Counted from the stretch's first letter, positions 11,936 through 37,991 are shown. The stretch is DNA of 64,000 nucleotides from Bugula neritina (GCA_964035545.1 OZ037771.1:248001-312000); one strand, 5' to 3'. The notes: generated by a model not told the origin, from the letters alone. Translations and numbers: made by a program.

Positions 11936-13757
11936 AATGACACAAGTGACCGAGTGAGATAGAAAAGTCTGGTTCACCTGCCACCTGATCAGGAAATGGT
12001 GGAGAAAGGTGACCAGCTGAAGCAAAATGCATTGTATTCAAGCTTTAATTTAATTTACAGTTCAAAGCAAGTCATGAGTATAAAGAGATGCAGGCCTATA
12101 ATTAATTAAATATGAACGTTGGGTATATTATACATGTGAAAAATATTTACCAAGTCTCAAAATGAAAAAGAAAATTCTCATCAAATCTAATGAAAAAAAA
12201 TTGTGAGTATATAAAATACAATCAGTTTAATGCTACAAAAACATTCAACAAAAAGTTGTTGCCAATACAGAGTAAGCAAAAGGGTTATGTGTGCAAAGCT
12301 CTAATGCTAATTTCATTATACTAAACCTAGCTCATAAGGGGGTGCAATACCCGCACTGCTTCATGTTCACAATTTGCATCAGTCAAGTACCATATTACAT
12401 GGCATAATAGGAATATATACATCAATCTGTATAAAGAGGCTGTTTCAGGGTTTATCCTCTCATCAGCACAAAACGGAGTACCTTCGCAATCAAGGAAACA
12501 AATATTTCAACCAAGCATGTTTAAATGGTGTGTTAATGCAGTGAGTTGAAGTGTAACCTTACCTGAGCTGCTAGTTGTGTTGCCAAAAGGTACTGAAGAT
12601 GGACATAAACTAGACTAAGAGTTGTCATCACACTGAAAGGATACCAGGCCTCGCACTGAATATTGCTACAAGTAATACATCATAGTTCAGCTACACGGCT
12701 CACCAGTTTAAAATCTATACTTTAAAGACTATTTTCACTACTGGTTGCACATTTGAAAAGCCAAATTTCTGCCCAACCCTTACTGACCAAACCATCAAAT
12801 GACTGAAATATGGTTATAATTTAGCACCATGAAGGTGCACCACTTGGTTAGCACCTATCAAGACATATTTTCAGTTCAACGGAAAGGCGGCAAGCAGTTT
12901 GGTTAGGCAGGTAATTTCTGTCCACTCTTTAGAGCAATACTTATAACTATATACTTCTCTGAAACAGGTAAATATAGCATTATATTATACTCCCCCCCCC
13001 CCCCGCAATATACAGACATGAGAAGGTAACTTACCATCAAGTTGTTATAGTTTTCTATACATTTGTTTTGCTGAAACAAACTTCGTGGATTTACGAATGG
13101 GCTAATATTTTAACTTTTATTATAAATAAAAATCTTTTAGTTAAAGTTATAAATATGCTAATTTAGATAACAGGGAAAAATAGATTGATTTGGGTAATAT
13201 TCACAAACACAAAGTTAAAGAAGCAAAAGTTTAGTAGTCCTTTCAACAATTTCACTAACTGGCTGGAAGTATATGCCATGAAAAACTTGTAAAGAAAGAA
13301 CAGATATAATACGTATATAACATAGGATTGTGACTGCTAGGTAACATACAGTAGCCGCAAGGTGACCAGTGAGTCATGCATAGTATATCAGCAGCCTACA
13401 GTGTACAGCGCAGTATAATCATACTAATGCGTCGAATACAAAAGATATATGATTTATATATCAGGACTACATTTGTACAAAACACCCTCAACTGGTATGG
13501 AGCATATGTGATGGTTGATGCTGCAATGGTATAAGTGAACACTAAAGTCTACATAGTATTGCTACATCAGTTGTTTAAATATGAGAGATGCTTATATCAT
13601 CAGCACCAATGATTATCATCTGGAAACTACCCCATCCTTCTGTCTGTCTGTCTGTCTGTCTGTTGGGCTGCCATAGAGAGTGCATGGAATGTTTGTTGGG
13701 TGAAAGGGGTGCAGACAGAGTTTGAGTGAGTGTGTCTTCACTGTGACAGTCTGTGGC

Positions 13758-18361
<4,604 letters not shown>

Positions 18362-21300
18362 GGTGAGTAGTCTACTGGAAGTACTACATTGATTACTCCT
18401 GTCTGGCAGTGAAAAGGAGTTATCAGATACAGGTCACTGGTGAAGAGACCGGCCAACCTGCAATTACACAGTAGGTATATATCTCATGTTTCAATGTAGG
18501 TATATAACTCCTGTTCCAATGTAAGTAAAGGTTATTAAAACTTGAGTAGATCATTATCGTTATTATCAGCACTGACAGGTTTCAAGATTACTAGTATCAG
18601 AGTAAATAGCATTATCTATGTTAGTAGCACTCCCTACAACCACTACTAAGGTACTCAAGTTGTTAGCAAGGTAAGCCTTGGGTGTTGGGCAGTAAGCAGT
18701 CTCTACTAACAGAGACATTCATACTCAGCAGCAGTTTACAGTTTAGAAGAGAGCTGAGGGAGGAGCAGATAGACATTGTAACATAGTCTCTCAGCTATTT
18801 ACTAAGACAGTTATTCATCTAGTCACATCAATCTAATTCACTATGCAGCAGCTCATTTTATGAGACACGAAGGGAGTCTAGACAAAGTTATGTAAATTCA
18901 GAAAACTGAATTCCAAAACCCTCCTCTAAAAGAGAAACCCTCCTCTAAAAGAGAAACCCTCCTCTAAAAGAGAAACTCTTTTACTGAAAGCAAGTAGAAG
19001 GTCTAACTGATCAAGTTGAATATCTGAAGGTAACATGGAGTTACAATCTTAAATAAGTTTAGTGGCTAAAAAATTAAAGAACTCAATGCATTCATCAAAT
19101 AAAAGCTTGTAATCTCACAACATTTCAAAAGCTGGACTATCAAATTATTAGCATTTTTAAACACTTTTTGTTCTCAACGTCATCCTTTCTGCACCATAAA
19201 TTGAGCAGAATTAAATTAGAACGTTTGCAAATTTTTGCCTGCAGTAGCATAACTCAAAGTGGAATCAGCCAAAAGTAGCTGTAGTAGTCAAAGGAGCTGG
19301 TAGAAGTTTAAACTAATATACAGATGAGTATCAAGAAGTCAGTAGAAATGTCTAAGGAGCAATTAGTTTCGGCTTAAAAATGGGGAGTTTCAAGATTGTT
19401 TGCTATTCATTATGATTACAAATAATCACTTTGTTGAAGTAAACGTAGCAGTTTGGAGTTGATAATTGTGCTCAAATTAATAGTTTTAATACAATATTTA
19501 GCAAATATGAGACACACAGCTCTACTGTTGGATGAATGGTTGACAATACTTTAATGTATATTCTCATTATATAGAGTCAGTAAAACCAATGAGCAATGAC
19601 TAAATGCATTACCGGGTCTAGAGTCTAAACCTTAGTGCCAGCCTCAGCATACACTCACAGTGAGTGCTACTCTCACTGTGAGACCAAATGTAGAGTGTAG
19701 GACTAAAACTGATAGAAATACACACAGTAAACGTAATTGCTGTCTATTACTCACACTTACTATAAATAAGTACTCTTGACAAAAGACCAACATTCAGCAA
19801 CTTACAATAAATCTCTTTTTAATCCAATACCAATTGTTGGCAGTACAATTACACTTGCAGTTTCCAAACTTCAGCAACAAGTAGCAAAGTATATAAATTA
19901 ACAGTAAATATGTTTATTAAATCCTTATATAATTAATATTATTGCTAACTATTAACTACAAGTAGTAGTTCACACTTTCCATCTATTAGTGTTAATAAAT
20001 ATTATATTCCCATTTGTTATTAACATTATTCATTATAGGTGCTTCTGCAGTCTGCAGTCTTACATTCAGTTGGCAAACGTGTGAATAACTTTTAATCTAA
20101 TGCAAATTGAAGTTGTTGAAGTTGATACAACCAATATATAACTATAATCTTGGTATGAGCTATAATACTAATAGCAATAGCCATAATGATAATAGACATA
20201 GAGGTAAACATACAGTAACAAGTAGTCAAGTACAGTCATACTCATACTCATAGTGGCACCAATAAAAATATAAATTGATAATTATTATAATAAATAAAAT
20301 ATACTTATGCTATTAATGTGAACATTGTCATGAATAACATCAATTAGTATAATTATGATTATTATTATGATAATACTAATAGGATTTAGATTCCCACTAC
20401 CGGAGAATAGGTGAGAATAGGATTTAGATTATGATTTAAAATTAGTGATTAATACTACTTAATTTTATTTATAATTATATATTTTATTGCAACATAAACA
20501 GTGACAACTAAAAAATAACACTAACCATGATTACTGATTACCCACCAGTCACTGGGCCAGTGTTACTATCAACAAGACTCATGAGACTGAGTACCACATT
20601 CACTATGACTATGAGTATCAGTGTGAGTATGACTAAGACAATCAGTATCAAATTTTGATTGTGATTCACTAACACTTTGGTAATACTAAAACTAATAGTA
20701 CTACTACTAGACTACTACCACTAGTACTAGTACTACAGTACAGGTACTAGCAGCATTAGAAATGATAATAATAAAATTAATACAATAATCTTAAAGCCAG
20801 GTGTAATAATCATGATTACATCTGACTTTAAGATCGTTGTATAGCTATAACTTAAGTATATCATCTATATGGATATATTATTATAATAATCATAATCATA
20901 ACGTATCCACATCACCTATATAGGTATTGGAAAAACTTCAACTAAAAGTAAAACTTAAAAGATTATTAACATTATAGTTATACTCAATAATACTGATACT
21001 GAGATATTAATAATTTCAATATTCAAATTAAAGTACTATAATCATCATTATGATTAAATCTATCACTATATTAATATTATAAATATAATGTCAATTTCAA
21101 ATTGAATATTAGTATTACCATTAGTATTACTATTAGTATTACTCATCATATTAATACAATTACTATTAGTATTACTATTACAGTAATACTATTAGTATTA
21201 CTATTATTAGATTTAGTATTACTATTACTATTAGTAACAGTATTAGTCTTTATCCGTTTAGTTTTAAGTTATTAAAGAGTAGCAATTACTAATGTACAAG

Positions 21301-22362
21301 GTGTATTTATTAACTATGCGCAGGTTGCAGCGTTAACTTCTCTGGTTTCAGTCCAAGTCTTCAAAAGTTAAAAACCTTATCCTCATCATGCTGCCATTTC
21401 CTGTTCGTCCAAACCACAACACCGCAGACGACGCATGAGGCAACTCTGTATGGTTTCAGGGCGTGGCAAGCCCCTCCGCTATGAAACATAAACCCTAAGC
21501 TCGTAGTTAACCATAGGCGTTTGATTTAGTTTTATTACAAAACTTCTAGAATTTGATTGTCATAATTAGAATTTAAAATTAATGTGTATTTTATGCAATA
21601 TAATTTTTAAACTATTAGAAATCTGAAACCTTTGAAGTGAAGTTATTGTTCAATCGAATGGCAACGCTATGATTTTTTGGAGTAAGCAACTCCGTATTGG
21701 ACAGCGTGTGATGAATATTAGTTTGAAGTTGTTTTCTCTCTGACAGTTTTACACTAATATACGCAATCGTTGATGGTGAGCCTGTGGCCTCATGTAGAAT
21801 GCTGTATGCACCTTACGGTTTGCTCATACACATTGCACTAGTTAATACTAGAGTAAGCAGGTACTATGCAGAGAGATTCAAGAGACTATCAACTGAGAGG
21901 GACAATGCTTGTTACTTTATTAAGCAAGTTGAGTGGATAATGGTAGACCTCAAGCAAACATACCAGAAAATAACATAAATTTATATTTTAGAAATAATAA
22001 AACAGAAATGCATAAAACTAAAATATTGATTTGATTTTTACCAGTTTAAAAATCAGAATCATAAGCAATTGAATGCAAATTTGTGTTAAACTTAGTACTT
22101 TATTCTCAACAAGAAAGTAAACCAAAAATGAAACAAGAAGTACAAGATGACTGAATATAACTAACTGGGTAGACACAGCCAGTTGAAGAGCGATGACTAA
22201 GGGTGACAATATGATGATCTAGGATCAGCACTGAGAAGGGACACGACTTTACTTATCAATACATCAGAATATACGCAGCGGTGGTAAACTTATACATATG
22301 TAGTCTAGTGTGTGTGAGCGCTATGATTGGCTAGAGACAATGTGAATATCAAGGTCAGGGAG

Positions 22363-25300
22363 TTAATCGCTGTCTTCAGATGACATGCATCCGTCGGAAC
22401 TACTGCTGCCGTAATCGTCATCGTTGATGACAGTATTGGGGAGTCTAGCCACACAGTGTTTGCGGGGCGCGTGCACCCGTCCCTTAGCCTTGTATTTCAC
22501 TGGCTGACTATATCTATAAGACTTGGTAGTTGGAATCTCGCCAAGTTCTAGCTCCATGTCTGAATCTTCAGATATGATCTCAGGTTCCTCATCTTCTAGC
22601 AGATCTCTGATGTACCTGTAATATAATTATGTGATATATCATATGGTATTCATATGATATATCATATGCTATTCATATAATATATCATATGCTATTCATA
22701 TGATATATTATATGAAATTTATGTGATACATTATATGAAATTTGTAATATATATCATATAATATTCGTATGACATATTATATGATATTCGTACGATATAT
22801 CATATAATATTCGTATAAAATATCATATAATATTCGTATGACATATTATATGATATTCGTATGACATATCATATAATATATATGATAAACCAATGTGTAA
22901 TATACATACTCTATCTCCTTAGGATCAGATTTCTTTGGTTTCTTGAATGGATAGACAAGAGGGAAAACGCGTTCAACAGCCAACTGTATATTCTGCACTT
23001 TAGGAGCAGTTATAGTGATGGAGCCAGTAGAGAAAATCTTCAGGGTGGCACTGATGTCCTGCAAAGTATTCACTAACACTAGTAACAGAGTATACGGAGT
23101 AGTGAGTATACAGAGTAGTGAGTATACGGAGTAGTGAGTATACAGAGTAGAGTATACAGAGTAGAGAGTATACAGAGTAGAGTATACGGAGTAGTGAGTA
23201 TACAGAGTAGAGTATACAGAGTAGCGAGTATACAGAGTATACAGAGTATACAGAGTAGTGAGTATACAGAGTAGTGAGTATACAGAGTATACAGAGTAGT
23301 GAGTATACAGAGTAGAGTATACAGAGTAGAGTATACAGAGTATACAGAGTAGTGAGTATACAGAGTAGTGAGTATACAGAGTAGTGAGTATACAGAGTAG
23401 AGTATACAGAGTAGAGTATACAGAGTAGTGAGTATACAGAGTAGTGAGTATACAGAGTAGAGAGTATACAGAGTAGAGAGTATACAGAGTAGTGACTATA
23501 CAGAGTAGAGTATACAGAGTAGTGAGTATACAGAGTATACAGAGTATACAGAGTAGTGACTATACAGAGTAGAGTATACAGAGTAGTGAGTATACAGAGT
23601 AGAGTATACAGAGTATACAGAGTATACAGAGTATACAGAGTAGTGAGTATACAGAGTAGTGAGTATACAGAGTAGTGAGTAGACAGAGTAGAGTATACAG
23701 AGTATACAGAGTAGCTCGTCTTAGGAATTACAGCAAAGAATGCTGGTACTTTTATTGACTACCTGGAATTTTGTCCTGTGATACAGAATTTCTGAAGTCA
23801 ATTAATATATTTTTATTGGAAAGTTTGTATCAATATTTTCAACAACGTTGTACAAGTTATGTTATAATGAAAATACACTGAATAGTTGCAAGCTAGGGCG
23901 ATGGGGTTTGGGGTAGGCCCTGGGGTAGGGGATGTGGTTACAGCACTGCTCTAAATAAAGCTGTACATAACGGCATAATTAGCAAACATTTCCTGACAAA
24001 CACAGACCCAAGTGAACCCCAGTGTGAGACCGAGGTATTGCAAACAGCTGACTAGTGTTAGACTAGACACTATATCACATACCTTCACATACGATGTCAC
24101 ACGGGGAGAGGGCATGTAGTCCACCCCTCCACACAGTGGACATAACGCAGCACTGTAGAAACAGGGCTAGGCTGTGCCAGCTATACTAATTAATTAATTA
24201 CAGATAAATGCGTTTCATCACAACTCGGCTCCCAGCACTGCTCAAAGAAGTATAGGATAGTGTGACCTCACCTGGGGTCACTTTGCAGTCAGTCACTCAG
24301 TCAGAGTTACTCTGCATACACTACGTGGTACTGAGTATGAGTTAGACTCAACATGACTGTGACTGAGTATGAGTTAGACTCACCATGACTATGACTGAGT
24401 ACTAGTTATTTGAACTAGGACCCCAGGCACCCAGTTGCCAAGTACTTAACATTAATCAGCTGCCAACCTATTTTCAGTCGGCATCAGTTCCAATGAGTTT
24501 TGTTAATGGAATTGCAAGTTGTGAACTCAGTTGAACTTTGCCCACTAATTATGACAAAATGTGCTAATCATATTTCACAAACACCAGCCACTTGGTATAG
24601 AGTTGAGTGGACTGGGGTGTAGGACTACCTAACAGTCAACAGTTGCTAAGTGACAGCTACAGCTACAGTCTTGACCCAGTTCCTACTCACCGCAATCCTG
24701 TAGGTGGCGCCAGGATGGAGCTCAGGCTCGTACTGCACTTTGCCGATATTCTCCCGACTAAACTCTGTCAGTTTTATTCCAAATGGCAGTGAGCACGTGC
24801 CCAACACATTGACTATTTTGAAACTGGAGAACTTCACCTGTGTTATAAAGTCCACATTACAATATGATATTACAATACGATATTACTCTATGATATTACA
24901 ATATAATATTACAATACAACAAGGTATAGTATACTATACTATAATATAATATATTATAGTATAGTATACTATAATATATTAGAAGTGCAAGTCTTACGGG
25001 AAATCCAATTTTTTGCAAGGATCTGGCGATTCTTCTAGCGGCGATGCGGCAGCTATCCTCAGAGTCAGCCCCGGTAACCGTGACCTTGCCAGAGGACCAG
25101 ATGCTAGCCGTGGCACTCGGCTTGCGGATCTTCATGTTGAGCATGCCCTGAGCACTCTTGAGCTCCACGTTGCAGCCGTGGAGGGCAATGTGTCTGAGAT
25201 TGAGGTGGCATCGTGTGCTGAACGTGCACACCACGTTGTTGATGGCCACATTCACCTCCGGTGACTCATCTACTTCCTCCCTGGTTACTGCTGTGTCTAG

Positions 25301-25906
25301 ATTATCCACCACTATCCCAGTCTCTTGAGCTATATTACCAGGTGCTGCAGATATATGACCAGGTGCTGCAGATATATGACCAGGTGCTGCAGATATATGA
25401 CCAGGTGCTGCAGATATATGACCAGGTGATGCAGATATATGACCAGGTGCTGCAGATATATGACCAGGTGCTGCAGATAAACCAGGTGCTGTACTAGTAT
25501 GAGTGGAAGAAGGTAGAGTCACGTGGCTAGGGGATATTGTATTGAATGTATGATTAGCCTCAGAGTTGGTACTAAGAGAGTGTTTGGTGGGGTCCGCAGT
25601 GCAGCTGTCCCCTGACCCCAGTATTATGTCGGCTATAGAAGATTTAGTGGAGTGCTGGTGATGGGGAAAGTTGTGAAGATCTAAGAGAGAGCTGTCAGTT
25701 AGCTCCGTCAACGAGTCTAGCAAATGATTATCATGAAGGTGACTAGTAGGGGCGGGCAGTGACGGCGTCCCCGTATCTATACTTGTGTGCACCTCTGCAC
25801 CTGCTGCAGAGTCCATCGTGCTATTAGTAACTGGAGGAGTTGGTGGTGAAGATGTCATCAGAGATTGCAAAGAATTTGAGGTTGTAATATTGTGCAGGAT
25901 CTCCAT
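22363..25906 (-). CDS. TBPL1: TBP-related factor 2 (TBP-like protein 1, TRF2/TLF) with long N-terminal extension and acidic tail
   Basis: Exons 25906-24998, 24837-24691, 23058-22910, 22615-22363. TRF2-type core INNVVCTFSTRCHLNLRHIA...TASIWSSGKVTVTGA...NVLGTCSLPFGIKL...YEPELHPGATYRI...LKIFSTGSITITAP. Confidence 0.9.
23087..23714. repeat. Variable 9-16 bp intronic repeat (GAGTATACAGAGTA(GT))
   Basis: Starts ~30 bp from the TBPL1 acceptor at 23059. Confidence 0.9.
25337..25490. repeat. Coding 21-bp tandem repeat (7-aa SAAPGHI, ~7 copies) in TBPL1
   Basis: ACCAGGTGCTGCAGATATATG repeated inside the TBPL1 ORF. Confidence 0.92.
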
Positions 25907-28827
25907 GCCACTGCAACAATAAATCACACATTAATTGGATAACAAGACGAGTTTAGGTAGTCAGGATGTATAGAAGTAAATAGGTTTTTCAAGAATTGCT
26001 GCACAATATACCTGTGAATATTTGTGACGATTCTGCTTAATACATCTTCATTAAGATCTACATTTATGTTTAGCACAACTCAACAGTTGGCTGGTATATT
26101 TAGGATAACTAATAGCCATCCAGTTTAACATGATGCACTTACCGGTCAACACAAACCTTTCACTGAAATAATAGACAGTCTACTAATCAGTTGTAACAAA
26201 TAAGTAACAATATTGGCTTTTCCAGTTCGGTTGACAATAACCATAAAAATAAAATTCTCATTAAATTGAAAATTCAAACTTGAAAAAAAATACAAAAACT
26301 AAAAAGGCCATTAGATTTCTCCTTTTATTCATCAATTTTTATCTTCAAAATCAATATTTAATTTTTATGAACAAATGGATAGTTTTTAATTGCTTTCAGT
26401 TATTTTATTGGATATAAGACAGGCGCTCAAAGCGAGTGTATGAAATTCAAATTTAGTCATATATGACCTCACTGTATCAGGGACAGATAATTTAACAACT
26501 TATTTATTAGCATAGATGATTTCCAACATAAGCCTTCTCCATTTACAAATTGGCGGTTACTCACAGTTAAGACTAGTGTGAGTAGACTCACTTGATGTAG
26601 TCAGAATGAGTGTTAGGTAGTCATCGAAGTTAAGAGTAGATGCGGTCATGAAGTATGCATGCAGAATACACACAGCAGTGAGTAGATGTAATGGCTTAGC
26701 TGCTGGAACACAAATACTGAAATAGATTACGAAAAATCACCTACTCAAACGTACACCGAGTTATTGGTGATTGAAACAGCCTGCAATAAAATTTCGACTA
26801 AACATCCATTTATTTTAATGACCATGGCAATTCGTAACAATGTGAGATGGAGTACAACACAACATGAAATATATTTACCTGTTTAACTAGTATAAGTATA
26901 ATTTTAATCACACTTCAAGCAACAACTACAAGTTGAAGCTCAAATTATGAATAATCAGGATAAATCTGAATTGATTACGCAATTACTGTTGGTACACATT
27001 GACTATGAAAGTGACAATCCCAAATGGCGCTTTAGCTTGAGCTATACAAATTGAAATAGTAATACTGATACAATACTTATAGTGATCTTCATGCTCATGC
27101 TGTAGCATAAATGATCGATGAAATTTAAAGTTAAAGTTGAAATGTAAAATAATAAATGTTTGATTGAGAGACACAATAATTGTCACCATAAATATGACAA
27201 TCATTATTTTCATAACAATCATAATGATAATAATGTCTAATAATTATGATAATCTTAAAGTTAATGACTATCACTATGAGTAATGACCAAAAAATGATCA
27301 AATTAAAATGAGTAAATCAAAATGCGATAAATAAATAATAATGATAATCATTATGATTATGATTATCATTATCATTATCATTATGATCATCATTTTGATT
27401 ATTGGTTGCTTATTTTTACTCAAACATTTTATAACTGTAACACAAATATTGAATTCTGCTATATTTATTAGTACTACTATTAGCTTTAGCCCTTACAATT
27501 CCGACTTTTGCTTTAAATTTCAGTTTGAACTTGAAGACGACTTGGTCTTGAGCTTTGGTTTAGTTTACTTTTACTTTTAGTTTTAGCAGTCTGAGCCTAA
27601 GCTAAAGTTTTAATACTTGAACAAATGATATATTCATATGAGCTAAAGAACACTACTAAACCTATTTTTACTGATTAGTCTAAGCTAGTGTATATGAACA
27701 CGACATCCTATATGAATATCGGTTCTAACTTACAATCTGAATCATGATATTCATACTGCTAGTGCTACTACTACTAGTACTATTACTTCTAAGTGTAGTT
27801 CATAAAAGTTTATTTTAGAAGAATGAAAAGTGTAATCAGCGCTTTATTGGCCGGAATAGAAGCTGCTAACTCCGTAAATAATTTCGACCGCAATGTGCAA
27901 CTCTACATGACAAATCCGATTCTAATACACAAAGAAGAATATTTTGGAGTTGTTGACTTTTAATAAACCGTTCAGTCAAAGGACAGCAACTCCTTATAAA
28001 CAATAGGAGGTGTAACAACTGTAACTTTTAACATGATTTTGAACACTAAATTATGATACAATATGTTGCTAGTTTTAACAAAATTTGAAAAAAGTTACAA
28101 CAACATTTTGTCATCAGATAAAAACTCGCGTAATTTGAATGCTAAAGTATAACCATAATATTTTATTATTATCATGTATATGCACTACTATTACTACACA
28201 AGTTGACTAAAAACTACACAATTTATTGATTTATTTAATAATGTTTGAACATAACCTAGCATCATCTCTAATGATAAATCTAACTAAGGTGTAATAACAC
28301 TATACCACACAATGTTTCTTTACCAACTTTCTCATACAAAACAATAGCCTGAATAAGTATTATTTACTGCTAATGTTTGAGATCTAGGTATGTTTAGGAG
28401 GAGGTGCTAGCAACCTAACAGCAAAAATCACAATTCATTACACAAATTGTTGGTAAAAGTTGTGCTTATTCCAATATATACCAGATTTATTTGTAACACC
28501 AGATCATTAAGATACTAGAAGAATCTATTTTATAACAGCAAGCACTTCACAGACAAATATCTACAACCTGCTCAATGAAGTTGAGGTATAAATTAATATA
28601 AAAAAATATATTCTATAATCAAGATATACTATTTACATAATGCAGCAAGAATATAATTGTTTCCGCAAAATTCAAATAAATAAGTAAGGAACAAACAATA
28701 GAGAACTGTATTAAAATATATCATTGTTTAATTCTTTAAAAAGATGTGAGAATTTATAGATATAAAAATAGAGCTGGGATATGAAGTAACACTGACTGTA
28801 CAGCTGCATGCTTTCTGTGGGCACATC

Positions 28828-28975
28828 ATATAATCATATAGTAGTATAATAATATAGTCATATAATCATATAGTAGTATAATAATATAGTCATATAATCA
28901 TATAGTAGTATAATAATATAGTCATATAATCATATAGTAGTATAATAATATAGTCATATAATCATATAGTAACAT
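28828..28975. repeat. ~30-bp AT-rich tandem repeat
   Basis: CATATAATCATATAGTAGTATAATAATATAGT-like, ~4-5 copies. Confidence 0.85.
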
Positions 28976-29189
28976 AATCAAACTCAACATATATACAAAC
29001 AGTGAGCTTTAGTGTGATGGAAGTTGTCTTCTTTAGCTCCTGGAGATATAAAGACTTTTCAGAGTCTGTCTGTGTGTCTTGTATAACATAAATACTACCA
29101 TGTTTGTCTGTCTGTGTGTCTTGTATAACATAGATACTACCATGTTCTCTGTCTGTGTGTCTTGTATAACATAGATACTACCATGTTTG

Positions 29190-35893
<6,704 letters not shown>

Positions 35894-36539
35894 GCCAATA
35901 GCCTCAGATATGATTAGTAGAGTAGAAGTGGAGTAGAGGTAGAGTAGAGGTGGAGTAGAGGTAGAGTAGAAGTGAAGTATACAGGTAGTGTAGAGGTAGC
36001 AGCTCACACTCAATGTCTCCTCCTCATTCAACACTTTCTAAATTTAGATTGAGTAATATTTCAATAAGCAACCAGTAAAGATTCACAGGTCAAAGGAAAG
36101 AAACCAAAAACAAAGTTGATTTAATTGAGCAGCAGTAGAAGGAAAACAAAGCTATAATAAAAGCAGGATCAATGTCGTGTTGAATCAGTCATTGTAATTT
36201 GATATATTTAGAAAATGCTTCCTTTGTATATATAGAAAAAGGTGTACAATATAAGGCCGTGGTGTTATGGTGAACTTATCAACTACTAATGTAATGATTG
36301 TGTAATATAACAATACAATATGCCAAGTAACACTGGTATTGCCTCCTGACAGCAGCAGCAAAAGCAGCAGCAGTGAGCGGTGGTGGCAGCAGCAGCATAG
36401 GCCAGAAGCTATGTTTTGCACATCAAACAGATGATTAAATTAATAAACCAGTTCCTACTCCCTGGTGTATATTTACTAGCTATAATTAGTAATTGTTATT
36501 TTCAATAATTATGATTAGTATTATAATCAGTATTATGCA

Positions 36540-36958
36540 TGTACTGTGTAGTAGTACTGTGTAGTAGTAGTACTGTGGTGTAGTAGTACTGTGTAGTAGT
36601 AGTACTGTGTAGTAGTACTGTGTAGTAGCAGTACTGTGGAGTAGTAGTACTGTGTAGTAGTACTGTGTAGTAGTACTGTGTAGTAGTAGTACTGTGTAGT
36701 AGTAGTACTGTGTAGTAGTAGTACTGTGGAGTAGTAGTACTGTGTAGTAGTAGTACTGTGTAGTAGTAGTACTGTGTAGTAGTACTGTGTAGTAGTAGTA
36801 CTGTGTAGTAGTAGTACTGTGTAGTAGTAGTACTGTGTAGTAGCAGTACTGTGGAGTAGCAGTACTGTGTAGTAGTAGTACTGTGTAGTAGTAGTACTGT
36901 GGAGTAGTAGTACTGTGTAGTAGTAGTACTGTGTAGTAGTACTGTGGAGTAGTACTAC
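36540..36958. repeat. GTACTGT(GTA)n repeat
   Basis: 13-16 bp variable unit. Confidence 0.9.
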
Positions 36959-37159
36959 TTGATCTACTGGGTACACAAAGTCCACAGTGTATCAAGTAAT
37001 TTTATCATACCAGACTACTTGAGAAATGCTACACATGGATAAATTTTGTGATAACAATTTTATAACCAGTTATGCAATATTAAACACAAAAACTGAAAAT
37101 AGCAACTGTTTGCACAGAGTGAGTTCTTCCAACAAGATTACTACTGCACCCCTGAGACA

Positions 37160-37500
37160 GTACCAGCCCTCTTCTCTACCCTACCCTCCCCCCCCGCCCT
37201 CTTCTCTACCCTCCCCAGCCCTCTCCTCTACCCTACCCTCTCCTCTACCCTACCCTCTCCTCTACCCTACCCTACCCTCTTCTCTACCCTCCCCAGCCCT
37301 CTCCTCTACCCTATCCAGCCCTCTCCTCTACCCCCCCCAGCCCCCTCCTCTACCCTCTCCCTAGTCCTCTTTAACTACCATCCACTCCCCCAGTCCTCTT
37401 TAACTACCCCCCCCTCCGTCCTCTTTAACTACCATCCACTCTTCCCAGTCTCATTTAACTACCCTACCCTCCCTCAGCCCTCTTCTTTATCCTCCATATC
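37160..37500. repeat. C-rich low-complexity tract (G-runs on minus strand)
   Basis: CTACCCTCCCC/CCCTCT variants. Confidence 0.8.
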
Positions 37501-37807
37501 CTCTTTAGCTGCTTATAGGAAATTAACTCACAACAAACTACTGAAGTTGCCTTTGAGGGTAAAACAAATAAATTAAGCAACTGCAGCTATGCTTTTGTGT
37601 TACAGAATTTGAGCAGAAAAAGTTGTTGTGGTGATAATAAGATATTTGCATTCACTGTTGTGTTGTATGATAGAGTATCAGATCAATATACAATACACAT
37701 AGTACAACCTGTAGGACTAGCTAACTGTATTTGTATAGTGGGTGTATATGTCTGTTTGTTTTTAGCAACCATAGCACCTGCACAACTAACAGCTTACTAG
37801 TCTAGTG

Positions 37808-37991
37808 ATATAACATTGTAATACATTACTATAATATAGTTATCTGATGTAATAATATAACATTGTAATACATTACTATAATATAGTTATCTGATGTAAT
37901 AATATAACATTGTAATACATTACTATAATATAGTTATCTGATGTAATAATATAACATTGTAATACATTACTATAATATAGTTACCTGATGT
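37808..37991. repeat. ~47-bp tandem repeat, ~4 copies
   Basis: ATATAACATTGTAATACATTACTATAATATAGTTATCTGATGTAATA. Confidence 0.9.

Noticed and set aside
21488-21750. Telomerase RNA (AACCCTAA at ~21491; TTTTCTCTCTGAC at ~21732 resembling a pseudoknot strand)
   Set aside because: The template match is only 8 nt, no pairing partner or H/ACA domain was found, and the second motif reads equally well as a 3' splice site.
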